This document shows, piece after piece, positions 1-11,961 of a stretch of 64,000 nucleotides of DNA (position 1 is the stretch's first letter; each line of letters begins with the position of its first letter). The position numbers were made by a program, and so were the translations under genes. This DNA is from Lingula anatina (taxonomy: Eukaryota; Animalia; Brachiopoda), in the NCBI GenBank assembly GCA_051362555.1, contig CM120643.1, forward strand, positions 10,540,001 to 10,604,000. Reading direction: 5' to 3'. The notes below the pieces were generated by a model. The model was given only the letters and a program-made list of their open reading frames with translations, was not told the origin of the DNA and made no database searches.

Positions 1-154
1 GTGTGAAATAGGGGCCTAAGCAGACACACTCACAAAGGCGAGACACCTTTGATGAGAACCGGGTTCTCTCCACCTGGGGAAAACCACCTGCTGCTATACA
101 GCATTGACCACCCCCTCACGCACACCCAACCCCTTTTTTCCTTTTTTTTCTTTC

Positions 155-213
155 GGACTCTGCAGCTGATGAAGGTCACTTGTTGACCGAAAACCGCTTT
201 CTGCAACCAGTCC
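155..213 (+). ncRNA. Minimal type I hammerhead ribozyme, copy A
   Basis: GGACT-c-TGCAG (helix I 5'), CTGATGA at 166-172, A, GGTCA-cttgt-TGACC (helix II), GAAA at 189-192, accgct-T-T, then CTGCA-acc-AGTCC (helix I 3'). Predicted cleavage after nt 200. The helix III palindrome has one mismatch. Confidence 0.75.
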
Positions 214-562
214 ACCCCCCCCCCCTCTCCAGGCTGTACGACCCGTACAACCTTTCTCTGGTCACTTTCATACAGAGGTAAGACGCCTCTCTCTGCACCA
301 CGCTGACGTGAGACGCCTCATGCAGTACGCTGTACACAGCTACGCACACACACTCCATCAGATATAACTTTAATCTGATATATCAAATCACTCCTTCACA
401 CAAACGTAACGAAGGAAAACAAAGGGAATTAGAGCATTAAATCTCAACCCCTAGCGTCCCACCAACAATCTCTAAGCTTTTAACTAGGGGCGCTGTCAAA
501 ACACACGTCCCCAGGGGCCCAGCCTTGGATCGTGTTATTTTGATTTGAGGTAGTTTAACTAA

Positions 563-777
563 GGCTCTATTCCCATAGATTTTAGATCGATCTATCCCTG
601 CGGGGAGTCTCACTAGATTACTTTCAGATAATCCGACTTAAATGTCCGTCCCGCCTACTACAAGCTGTAAGAGGGTAATTAACTTTCGTGTCCGCCCGGC
701 TGACAGCTGTCTAGCGTGAACCCCCAGGGAGTTAGGTCGATCTAAAGTAGGTCGATCTAATCTATGAAAAATGGGTG
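563..777 (+). mobile_element. PIF/Harbinger-type MITE, family A (first of a tandem pair)
   Basis: Flanked by TAA (560-562, 778-780), with imperfect TIRs containing ATAGATTTTAGATCGATCTA. The empty site (aacTAAggcatg) is visible in the second repeat copy at about 1558. Confidence 0.85.
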
Positions 778-780
778 TAA

Positions 781-995
781 GGCTCTATTCCCATAGATTT
801 TAGATCGATCTATCCCCGCGGGGAGTCTCACTAGATTACTTTCAGATAATCCGACTTAAATGTCCGTCCCGCCTACTACAAGCTGTAAGGGGGTAATTAA
901 CTTTCGTGTCCGCCCGGCTGAGAGCTATTTAGCGTGAACCCCCAGGGAGTTAGGTCGATCTAAAGTAGGTCGATCTAAACTATGGCAATGGGGTG
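781..995 (+). mobile_element. PIF/Harbinger-type MITE, family A (second of a tandem pair)
   Basis: Near-identical to 563-777; TAA at 778-780 and 996-998. Confidence 0.85.
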
Positions 996-1149
996 TAAGG
1001 CATGAGCCGACCACCCCCAAACTTGAGTTCTACCTCGACCATTGAGCAATCAACACGTCGTTGTCAGAACTCCTTGCCACCTGCTGCTATACAGCATTGA
1101 CCACCCCCTCACGCAAACCCAACCCCTTTTTTCCTTTTTTTTTACTTTC

Positions 1150-1208
1150 GGACTCTGCAGCTGATGAAGGTCACTTGTTGACCGAAAAGCGCTTTCTGCA
1201 ACCAGTCC
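1150..1208 (+). ncRNA. Minimal type I hammerhead ribozyme, copy B
   Basis: Same fold as copy A: CTGATGA at 1161-1167, helix II GGTCA/TGACC, GAAA at 1184-1187, perfect palindromic helix III AAGCGCTT, helix I TGCAG/CTGCA plus GGACT/AGTCC. Predicted cleavage after nt 1195. Confidence 0.8.
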
Positions 1209-1589
1209 AACCCCCCCCCCCCCCCTCCAGGCTGTACGACCCGTACAACCTTTCTCTGGTCACTTTCATACAGAGGTGAGACGCCTCTCTCTACACCACG
1301 CTGAGGTGAGACGCCTCATGCAGTACGCTGTACACAGCTACGCACACACACTCCATCAGATATAACTTTAATCTGATATATCAAATCACTCCTTCACACA
1401 AACGTAACGAAGGAAAACAAAGGGAATTAGAGCATTAAATCTCAACCCCGAGCGTCCCACCAACAATCTCTAAGCTTTTAACTAGGGGCGCTGTCAAAAC
1501 ACACGTCCCCAGGGGCCCAGCCTTGGATCGTGTTATTTTGATCTGAGGTAGTTTAACTAAGGCATGAGCCGACCACCCCCAAACAAAAA

Positions 1590-2674
1590 ACAAATACGTA
1601 TTTGATATTTGATGATCATACTGACATCTTTTCTTTGAGGATACTTTATGAGGAATATATTGAAAGTACTTGAAAGTTTGATGGTAAAAGAATTGGGTGA
1701 AAAAAAAACACATTAAAAAATAAGAAAAATTAAAGATTTATATTCTAACACCCTATGACTCCCCTATGAAAAAGCTATCTATTTGATATTTGATGATCAT
1801 TCTGACATCTTTTCTTTAAGGATACTTTATGAAGAATATATTGGAAATATTTGAAAGGTTGAATGGTAAAATGCTGGGTATGCTATATAAGAGGAATTCA
1901 GTAAAAAGGCGATGGGGCCAATTTCTTGAGTTAAAAATGTAGCGTTTTGACATGGAAGTGCAAAACCTACAGGTAGTAAGATGAATACTTGTTTTAAAGA
2001 TATTCACCAAATTTTCACCACCAAACTTTCAAATAATAACTAAATGTACATCTCTGTGCAAACTATGTGGAAAACAATGGTATGGTGACTGAATATAAAA
2101 TAGGTCTTTTTCTTCATGGGAGTCCAAATGTCATGAGTATAAAAATGAAGATTTTCATGATTTCTTTTTTATTCTTTCACTCACTATTTTATCATCAACT
2201 TTTAAATATTTCCAATATATTTTTCATAAAGTATCCTAAAAGGAAAGGTGTTGAAATGATCATCAAATATTAAATAGATAGCTTTTTCATAGGGGAGTTA
2301 TTGGGTGATAAAATGCACATTTTTAATTTTCTATTTTTCTTGTTTTTTTTTTTCACCCAATAGTTTACCATCAAACTCTCAAGTATTTCCAATTTAATCT
2401 TCATAAAGTAAATTTAAAGGAAAGATGTAGAAATGATCATCCAATATCATATATAAATAGCTTTTTCATAGGGGAGACAATGGGCAGTTAAGTGCACATT
2501 TTTAATTTTCTTATTTTTTCATGAAAATATTCACCTGCAAACTAAAAAAAGTGCCAATGTATCCTCCATTTTACATACTACAAGATCACAGTCATATACT
2601 CAAATAAAATAAGATTTATGAAGTTTTGTGGAAGGGGAGTCAAATTTTCATGGGAGTCAGATTTTCATGTTACA
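1590..2674 (-). mobile_element. Ginger-like non-autonomous element, partial copy
   Basis: Reverse-complement match to the left part of 61575-63098. Ends in ...CATGTTACA followed by CCGG (2675-2678), has internal ~170-bp subrepeats, and is interrupted on the left by the hammerhead element. Confidence 0.7.
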
Positions 2675-2910
2675 CCGGGGGCACCTCTCTCATTTTGGAT
2701 ATTTTGTTTTTCCCTACTTTTTATTATTTTTAGTTGCTCACAGAAATATCCTTTACAACATTTTAAAAGTCAACTATCATTTGTAAATGGAGGTAAATAC
2801 TGTATTATGTTTTGATTTGTCCAGTTGTTTATACATGTACTAGTATGTAGTTTTATAAAAACTGCTTCAAGAAAGGAAAATTTTATGACATATTGCACAC
2901 TGTTTTTAAC

Positions 2911-2952
<42 letters not shown>

Positions 2953-4873
2953 TCAAACATTTCCATATTTTTTATATCAAATCATTACATATTACCCACA
3001 AAGCATATTTTTGGGAATTTTTTTTAATGAATTATATTTTGTGTTGAACAAAACTGATGTCTGAAACTTTATTCTATACTTCATGTATTTTCTTAACTTA
3101 ATTTACTTTTGATGCAGAAAATTTTCTTATTTCTCCAGTAGTGTGATATCACAGACTGAAGAGAAAAAATTCTTGTACTGGTTTTTTAAGTATTGCATTC
3201 AATGCAGCAATGATCCAAGGTTGCAGTTGGTGCCTTGTGTCCAGTTGAGTGCAACGTTGGGTTGTTGCATTGTAGGTCAAACACTTGAGATTTATTTTCC
3301 TCTTCTGTGAATTATTAACTTACAATAAAAGCCAAAATAATCTTAATTTAATGGGGGGGGGGGGTGTTAAAATGAACGGCCCTTTTTGCAGGGTCTGCTC
3401 TTGGTTAAATTTGAACTAGGTGACAAAGGTTTCATGGTAAAAGGCCCCCTTTTTCCTACCCCCCCCCCCCTCGGGCCTGACAATATAATGTACCTACCCG
3501 TACCTGTAGCAAATTCACTGACAAATAAGAATGGTCACTTTGAGTAGCGGCATACTGTGCGCCATTTTTCTCGAGTCTTGCTAATAACAATAGTACCTGA
3601 ATACACCTGCCTTAAGTAGTCCCTGGCTTTGCAGTACTGATAAGAATGTAGAGCACACACAGTAATGACTCTCTAGATTCGCACAAAATTGATCAATGTT
3701 AAATCCTTGAAAAGCATTTTGTTTATCATTTGTTAAATTTTGATTCAAATATCAAAAAGGAGTCAAGTTCAGGTGTAAAAATTCCTGATGTGAGCAGCTA
3801 AGTAAAATGATAAATTTTTAAAAGAATAAATGGTATGAGAAATTGTGGCGTATGAAGTTTGTGAGGAATTACCTGATACTCAGTCATATGTAAGCAACAG
3901 GAAAAATTTATAAATATTTACACACACCATGGAGACACACTTATTATCATGGTGAAGTGATAAGATAAGGTGTTATGTATTATGCACTTATTGTGTAGAA
4001 TTCTAGATTTGCCAACCAAAGGCCTCACACATTGTCATTTGTCCGCCTGAGGGTACACAGTGAGTGTCAGACTTTTATATATTAGTAAAAAAAAAATTTT
4101 TTTAGAAAATTTAAACTCTAAAAAATGAAGAATTTAGTACTGGAAAATAGTTTTATAGATAAAGAAATAAGTAAACTAATAGATTAATAAATAAAACTTT
4201 TTTTATCTATAAAAATCTAAAATATGTTTCAAATATTCAGTATACTTTACAAAGTAATGATTTAAGAAATATAAATAATATTTATTATGTTAATTATATA
4301 AACAGCCAAATATTTCAAAGATGATAAATAACAGATCCAGCCCATTCAGATGTGGAATTTTTGAAACTTTTTTTCTCTAAATGTTGTCATTAGTCTCTAT
4401 GACTTTCAAGTTCATGGCAGACTTCCATTTATTAAGTCCATAATCTTCTAGGGTCAGCCAAGCAGTCTTAAATATCGGTTTGGAATATGATGTTTGACTA
4501 CTTTCGGTAATAAGTGAGGCGAGCTGATTGACAAATATTGCAAGCATAATAACTGTATTTTAAAAATCCGCTCTTTATCAGGGAGCCAATGCAACCTTTT
4601 TAAAATCAGTGATGTGTGATTTTCCGTGGGAGGTCATTTTATATAAGGTACACCTTGTGATAAAGGGCAACTGCAGAAATTTTTCTTCTTTGTTAAGGTA
4701 TCCTGCGTACTGAATGCCTTCAAACCCACAACACGCAATCTCCTAGTTAACGGAGAATTTAAAAAAAAAACTGTAACGAGTTTAAAATACATGTGCGATC
4801 AGTTGATATTTTTTATAGGAACTCCCTACTAGCATTTGGTCTTATGACATAAACGTGTCCATGGTGGAAATTT

Positions 4874-4885
4874 CAGGCCCGTAGC

Positions 4886-4924
<39 letters not shown>

Positions 4925-5079
4925 CGGGGGGGGGGGGGGGGTTCGAAAGAACCACCCTTTTTGTCCAGAAAAGGTCCATTCTGGGTAAAATTTGATATAG
5001 GTACACAAAGGTTTCATTCTAAAAGGTCCACTTTTTTCAGAAAAAGGACTCCCTTTTGAACTTGCTGGCTACGGGCCTG
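4874..5079. mobile_element. MITE family B (CAGGCCCGTAGC TIR, 5-bp TSD; hAT5-like)
   Basis: TIR CAGGCCCGTAGC/GCTACGGGCCTG, TSD AATTT (4869-4873, 5080-5084), with a long internal poly-G run. Confidence 0.85.
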
Positions 5080-5781
5080 AATTTGAACAACGTATTACTG
5101 GGCAGACATTGACAACGCAAGCTATAAACAGTTTCGCAACATAAAGTACTCATTGCTAACTACGATTACCCATTTACTAGTTTGGACCCATAATAAAGTA
5201 ACAGTAGACCCACGCTCACTTGAAACACTGTATGAAACAATCGTGGTACAACTCCATGATGAAACAGACTACAGTCCATACACACACCCACAAATATTAC
5301 AGATTACACATAAAACCCATAGATGTGTAAAGATTTACAATGATTAACGCCTTCCGACCAAAAAAGTTGCACAGCCAAAGTTACACAGCCACACCCATAA
5401 CGAGGAGCTGATGTTTAAAAACAAAAGGACTGCATTGACGGGGACTTACGAGGTGAGGGAGTGGCTGTCACATGCGTGAGATGGAAATGATGTCTGCCAA
5501 GAACTCACGGAAAACCATGTCTCTGATGAGAAAACATTCTCATACAAATAAACTATGAGAAAACATTCACACAACTAGACAAGGATTGGACGGTGACCGC
5601 GATTGGACAGTCTATGTACTTGTGACCTTCTGCGGTAACGGGGAAAGTCCATTCTTTGAGATCATCCTGTGCGAGATGATATCAGCGTATATTGCAAATT
5701 AAGGGTTTTGGGTAGGAAATATGTACGATAAGACAGATCTCAATTTGTGTATGAATGACAAAATTATAAGTACTGCTTCCC

Positions 5782-5933
5782 CAGGCCCGCGTAGCCACCG
5801 ATTGCAGATGGGGGTTCTTTTTCTGAAAATGCGGACCTTTTGTCATGTAACCTTTGTTTACCTAGATCAAACGTACCCAGAGTGCACCTTTCCCAACAAA
5901 AAGGGGGATTTTTTCGAACCTCCCGAAACCGCC
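5782..5933. mobile_element. MITE family B, truncated copy
   Basis: Aligns by eye with 8743-8909; the right TIR is missing. Confidence 0.65.
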
Positions 5934-7731
5934 TAAGTTGATTGCAGTTGAGCGAGAATCCCCTCGGAAATAGATCGATTTACAGTTAGACCTTGATTTG
6001 GAAATATGAATAGCTTTGCAGGAATTGTAGACAAAGTAAATATGACTTTGGGGCATTTCTAAGCGCGTACTAGTACCTCTACCTTTAAATTAAAAAGAAA
6101 TAAGATAAAACAACTACAGATCGACAACTACACAGTCAAATATTTTTAAAATGCTCAAGGTTTCATCACTAACAGTTAAAAAACCATTTGCAGAGAAATG
6201 GTCAAAGCCTGTTCTATTGAAATACTATAAATTAAACATACAAGTACACTAACCTTTTAGTTTTCTAGCACGTATGATGCACCAGAACACAACTGCCAAG
6301 CATGTTCAACATACTAGTAACGTGGTCAACGTTGCACGAAGCTCGGATGATTTGAGGTCATGGTTGGGGGGGGGGGGGGGGTCACGAGCCACGTGCTTTT
6401 AAAGTGTCACTCGTCAGTGGAGAGATTTATGAACAAGTTCTTGTATAAGATGGTTTATTTCGCGTTCTTTGATCTTTGCGAACATCTCGATTAATACGGC
6501 CAATTTTATTTTTGTTTTCATCGATTTTTGTATGCCATAGTAAAAAGTTCTTTCATCGAGTAGTTTCAAACCAAGGAGTTGTGGATATCATCTTATCTAC
6601 TTCCTTGTTTAAACTAAGATCCATGCAGGATTATTAGTAAATGTCATACTGATGCTTATGTTTGAGACGTATGTCACTCCGTATCATTATTCATTGTCAT
6701 TCTTATTTCATGCTAAGCTTCACCTAAAATGAGTTGTGACATTTTTGTCCTAATATTGTTCGTACCTTGGGGCGGAACGACACACTTGGCAAAGTCATGT
6801 TTTTCAATTTCAAAGAAAAAATTTTAAAATATATGTTTCAGCTTGGATAAGTTTTTACAAAATGCCCGTCAGAGTAAGAGATTTAACCCCAAATTGTGCA
6901 ATCTCAGTCTTGATAATATGGCGCAACACAAAGGATCCACCGAAGATCCGCCCCTGGATAGAAAGATAACGATCGGTCACGGTACTTTCTGGTACGATCG
7001 CAGTTGTGGATGGCAGAGATATATACAACTTAAGTCGGCGAGGTCTATGTATTTACACCGAATTTCGAGGACTAAAGCCGTCTCGCATCCATGTACATAC
7101 ACGACGCGCATGAATGCCCTTCCACGGTTCGTTTATTATTTACGCATTAATGTATTGTGGCCATATTGGAAAAAAAAGACAAATTACATTTATATATTTC
7201 AAATATTTGAGTTGCAAACTGCGGCTCAACAAGGCCCAATCTCGCAAAATGCGTGCGATTCTGCATCGAGGTTGCCTGTCAGTGTAGTGCTTCAAAGCAG
7301 GGACGATGTCGCAGAGTAAGCGTTTCATCAACAAAGTTGCCAGTCAGACAGTCTCGCTAGCCGCCCTCATGCCAACGGCGTTTCTCAGGTTATCATATGA
7401 AGTTGTCGGACTGACTACCAGTTTCTGTTACATGCACGAAGTTACTGACACGCCAAATCGACGCAGGGCCGGCCGATGATCCGATCTACACGTCACTTGC
7501 GTTTATCTTATGTATTTTTTAAAATCAATTTGAATATTATTGCTCATGTGGCAGAAACGCGCACTCGACGAAATCGGCCTCATGTTGTCTGGCCGACGGC
7601 GAAGCCCTTTGACTGCGTCGTCATAGAAAACGCGCAGTCGTCCCGACGATCTTTTGCTACTCACGCATCTGGCTGGTAGCAGTTGCGTAAAGAACATCCC
7701 GATGAAGTAAATAGTGTATTTTGTCATCTTC

Positions 7732-7734
<3 letters not shown>

Positions 7735-7783
<49 letters not shown>
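7735..7783. repeat. (TA)n microsatellite
   Basis: Pure TA run. Confidence 0.95.
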
Positions 7784-7785
<2 letters not shown>

Positions 7786-7947
7786 GAATATAGAGATAGT
7801 TTTTTTTCACTGGAGATATAGTGTTATGTGTGAACGATATTTTTTTCACTGTCAAGTTCTTTTTTCTCTACTTTCCAATCATTTGCTTTAATTCTATTTA
7901 CTCATTTGCCTGTCGCTAGCCATTTCTGCAGGCACATTAACAGTATT

Positions 7948-7990
<43 letters not shown>
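7948..7990. repeat. Compound (CT)n(CA)n microsatellite
   Basis: Seen directly, just upstream of the exon acceptor at 8017-8018. Confidence 0.95.
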
Positions 7991-7992
<2 letters not shown>

Positions 7993-8018
7993 TTTTATCC
8001 ATTCATTTATAAATTTAG

Positions 8019-9717
8019 GTGCAAATGAAGAAGTCTCAGAGGAGGCTCTAGAGGGGAGTCCAGAGCCCCCACGTATCACTAATGTGAAGACGGAGAAAGG
8101 GACAGCCAAATGGGATAACCTCTACCTGCCCCCTGCTCCACCTGGGTACCGGCCTTTCTTGGTCCTAGATGGAGCTACAGTAGATGGAGCCAAGAAGTCA
8201 AAGTCAAGAGCTAGTAGCAGAGGAGGTGGGGATGTCATTTTTATTCATGATTAGAAAAAAATTCAGTGAAAAATGAATGGCTTAGAATACTTATTTAATT
8301 TTATCAGAGACAAACATACCATTTTCAGATGAAATGTTTTTTTTCTCTGTGCACACAATCTTTTATTATTATACAGGTACCGAGACCAGTACATATATTA
8401 ATTAATTTTAAATATCATCCTGATTGATCTATTTATTATAATTAATGCAAAATTGGTAACAGATCCTTTATATATCTATTGCCTTTTTGCTTTAAGTTTT
8501 TCTCTATATATAATTTTCTCTTTACCTCTTGGAGCATATATTTTCATAAGTACATTTTTTGTACATTTTACCCAGTGATATTGAATGACAATTTGTAAAA
8601 AATGAGAGCTAGGCTAGGGCGTATTTCATGAAGCCTTCTGTACTTATTTAAGTGTTTGTACATTATATTTCCATTTACTGCACCATAACAAGAGTGAGAG
8701 GCTAATGGATTCCTCATAATAGTAACTGGCCTTTACAATATTCAGGCCTGTAGCCAGCAATTGCAAAAGGGGGGTTCTTTTTCTGAAAATGTGGACCTTT
8801 TGCCATGAAACTTAAGTTTACCTAGATCAAATTTACCCAGAGTGGACCTTTTCTCGGCAAAAAGGGGGATTCTTTCGAACCTCCCGAAACCCTCCTGGCT
8901 ACAGGCCTGATATTAATTTTTCCATTGATGTATTATCACACATACATGTATATGAAATGTGTCTTATATTCCAGATGGCAGTGGACCTGGTACCAAATCT
9001 AAATCTCGTATGTCGGTTACTCCAGGTGATCTAGTGAGACCAGGTAATTTATTGAGAGAGAGACAGATCCGGCAGAGGATGTACATGTATATGCTTAATA
9101 TTAGAGTGCATTCCCATAGATTTTTAGATCTATCTATCAGTCTGGGGAGTCTCACTAGATTTTTGTCAGCCTGACTTAAATGTCTGTCCTGCCTACTAAA
9201 AGCTGTAAGGGGGTAATTAACTTTTGTGTACGCTCGGCTCTTGGAACCTGACAGCAATTTAGCGTGAACCCCCAAGAAGTTATCTCGAATCGGATAGATC
9301 GATCTAAATCTATGGGAACCCAGTCCTAGTGTATACCTGTGTACTAGATGATTTTATTTCAAACACATATGAATATGGAATATTTGAAAAAATAAAGAAA
9401 AAGCTGTAGAAGACTTCCCATTACTGAAACTTTTCTAAGCCAGAAAACTTGGTTATATGAAGTTACATGAGTTGCATGAAGATGAGAGGTTTTGGCTATG
9501 CCCATAACTAACAAGTAGCATTAAGTAGCGAGTATAGGTAAAGCCTACCACTTAACGAGGAATGTTTTTTTTTTTCTTTATCACAGGGGACTATGTTATA
9601 GCTGTCCATGATGTCACCATGCCACCATGGCAGGACAAGCCTTTGGAGCCAGCATACCTACTGGTGAAGGTCAAGAAGAAGAAGAAGCCACCCGTAGGAG
9701 ACCAGGCAGGGGCGTAA
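8019..9717 (+). CDS. MORN1: MORN repeat-containing protein 1-like, last three coding exons (5'-partial)
   Basis: Exons 8019-8225, 8975-9043 and 9587-9717 have AG/GT boundaries and splice in frame: ...GTAKWDNLYLPPAPPGYRPFLVLDG...SRG|DGSGPG...LVRP|GDYVIAVHDVTMPPWQDKPLEPAYLLVKVKKKKKPPVGDQAGA*. From memory, the motifs PPGYxPFLxLD and G(E/D)YVxxxxDVTxPP...LxPA match the vertebrate MORN1 C-terminal region. The MORN repeats themselves are not in the window. Confidence 0.75.
8743..8909. mobile_element. MITE family B (hAT5-like), intronic
   Basis: TIR CAGGCCTGTAGCCAG/CTGGCTACAGGCCTG; TSD ATATT. Confidence 0.85.
9104..9325 (+). mobile_element. Harbinger-type MITE family A, intronic
   Basis: Aligns by eye with 563-777; ends are slightly diverged. 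Confidence 0.8.
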
Positions 9718-9881
9718 CCAGACCTTTTAAAATTGTACGCACAGATTTTGAAAATTCCCAGGTACGATTATATTCCGTGAAAAATACACTGAATTTATGG
9801 AGAATAATCAGGTGAATATCATGGTTGGCTCAAAAAATTGTGCGCACAGTGCATCCGTGCGTATGCCTGGTTACGCCCCTG
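9707..9881. mobile_element. MITE family C (CAGGGGCGTAACCAG TIR, 5-bp TSD; hAT5-like) inside the last MORN1 coding exon
   Basis: Perfect 15-bp TIR CAGGGGCGTAACCAG/CTGGTTACGCCCCTG; TSD CCAGG (9702-9706, 9882-9886). Confidence 0.9.
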
Positions 9882-11688
9882 CCAGGGGAAGAAAAAGAAG
9901 TAAGTGGACATTGGCTGACCTCTGTGTGGATTTTGTGTTCCAGTTTTTCTGTGGACTTTAACCATAGCAGCTAACTTTAATATGTGTTAACAGTCACTGG
10001 TAGTTGTGTGTCATTTGCTGTGTGTTTGTGTGATTAATTGGCATTTAATGCCCTCGTCCAGCCATTTAAGACTGGCCTTTGTTTTAGAAGTTATGATAGT
10101 TTTTATATATCTTAGAAACTAAATTTCTCATGTTTATCTGCCCTTACTTAATCTTCTGAATGCAGTTTCCATGATTCCATTGTGTTTAGATTTCAGGGTT
10201 TTAAAATCAATATCAAAAAGACCATTCTGAAAATGCAGGGGGAAATAAGAAAATTCAAACTTTACTTGACATTTTTTTATCCTCACCCCTTTTTTTAGAA
10301 AGGAAATGAAAGGAAAGGAAATGTTGGATATGTTTTCTACTAATTGTCAAAAAAAAAAAAAAAAAAAAAAACATTATTTTGAGATATGGTTTAACAGGAG
10401 GGTGGATTGCCATCAATCCGTTTGAGGAAAATAAATGTATCTAAGACCCTCAAAAAGTTTCTTAGAATGTAATTTTAGAATGAATTCTGGAGACTGTCTA
10501 TGAAGGAAAGTGTGCTCATTTTTAAATGTTGTTCTGTCAGATAGTATTTTAAAATATAACTGTTAGATTTTTCTTTATAGCTGCACATGTAGTAGATTTG
10601 TTTTGGTTGGCACATTTTAAGTGGAAAATGCTGTTCAGTAATTGCTCACAGATTTTAGACAAAATTGATAAATTGTATTACATATGAGATACTTTGATAG
10701 TGATATAAAAAAAAACAAACTCATGGTAAGTTATTTGGCTCCATATTTAAAAAATACATATTAAAAAATGGCTAAAATGTTTAAATCTTGAAAAAATGTT
10801 TTAAAGAGTATGGTCTTTGAAATTTGTGCGCAGTTGCCATAGTTATAGTTTGTTGACCACTTGGATTCTGTTTTCTTGTTTTTGTTTTGTATTATTGAAG
10901 TGATAGACTTGTTTCTTTATTGGGATTTCAAAACTTAGTTCATGTAGCAGGAATGTATGACAATGACTCACAAATTCCTAACTTGTTACCTTTCCCAATA
11001 TTTTGTGACTGAATGTCATAAGAAATATTGGAGTGCAAATAAAATTAAGCAGCTGTTTAAAGAAAATATCATTGGAACTTCAAATATTCCAGGGTCCCAT
11101 TCTTTCTGACATAAAAACCAACTCCCCTTTTGAAATTTCATTATTTTTTCAGCTTTACTACCATTACATTGTTAAAGGAAACTTAATTTTTTTGGATTTG
11201 AAAATTAAAGTTTGGTCATAATATTGCTGTTACATAAATTGAGTTAGGAATGCCATGATTGTGTCTGGATCTTTTTCTTACAATTTATTTATGGTTTTTG
11301 TTGTTGTTATGCACATGCTGACTGTTAGATATTTAGATATATGAAGTGTTTGTGAAATCAGAAATGAAATATTTAAAAAGTTTAAATGGATAATTTTTCT
11401 ATATTATTGAATTTTAATGAGTAGTTATAACTGTAACAAAAATAAATTTTCTGTGTGTTCTTTTACATAATAATTCCACAACAGTGTCATCAACAAATGA
11501 TAAATCTCTTTGTAATACCTGATTGATTGTTTAGATCTCTAATTTCTACATTAATTTATCCTTAGATTCATTAATTTTCTTATTTCTTCCATCTTTCCAG
11601 CTCCTCCTCTCCCCACTGAGGTCCTTTCACCTAGCTTTATCTCTGTAGCAATGACTCTCAGCCAGTAGAGATGTGCTTCTCTATCCTT

Positions 11689-11961
11689 ATGGGTGTTCCA
11701 ACAATTCAAACCCAAATGTGGGATCTGAAAATTATGCAGATGTTCTTTTCTGGTATAGCTGATGAAATTTTGTGCAAAAAAAAAAAAAAAAGGTGTGGAA
11801 AAAATTCAGCATCCTTGCATTCGAAATAAGCAAACACGCATAAGCACACACTAAGGGAGAGTGGGAGAATTTTTTTTATATTTGAAATATTTAAAAATTA
11901 ATATTAAAAACAAAGAAACTCAGTTAAATCAATATTACTGCGTGTTAATTGGAACACCCTG
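11689..11961. mobile_element. Degenerate Tc1/mariner-like MITE
   Basis: Inverted ends GGGTGTTCCAA...TTGGAACACCC; no intact TA TSD. Confidence 0.35.

Larger units (their letters stand above)
84..1584 (+). mobile_element. Hammerhead-bearing direct-repeat element (retrozyme or Penelope-like pLTR); two ~505-bp copies
   Basis: 84-1022 (minus the MITE pair at 563-998) and 1077-1584 are near-identical direct repeats separated by a 54-bp spacer. Each contains a hammerhead core. An A-rich stretch (caaacaaaaaacaaa) follows the second copy, where it abuts a Ginger-like element. No RT or endonuclease ORF is visible, and the element may extend left of the window. Confidence 0.6.

Noticed and set aside
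48-83. TTGATGAGAACC..GGTTCTC..GAAAAC, hammerhead-like
   Set aside because: The core lacks the conserved C, and GAAA does not directly follow the stem.
84-1584. Canonical LTR pair, or DIRS/Ngaro split repeats
   Set aside because: No TG..CA ends, PBS or PPT, and no recombinase ORF is visible. The hammerheads favour a PLE or retrozyme, although a Ngaro-type origin is not fully excluded.
4829-5017. Poly-proline ORF on the minus strand
   Set aside because: It is the translation of the poly-G tract inside a family B MITE.
5523-5570. CTGATGAG motif as a possible third hammerhead
   Set aside because: No helix II closed by GAAA and no helix I pairing.
6843-7319. 158-aa ORF
   Set aside because: Non-ATG start, no recognisable domain, and overlaps a TE-end-like sequence.
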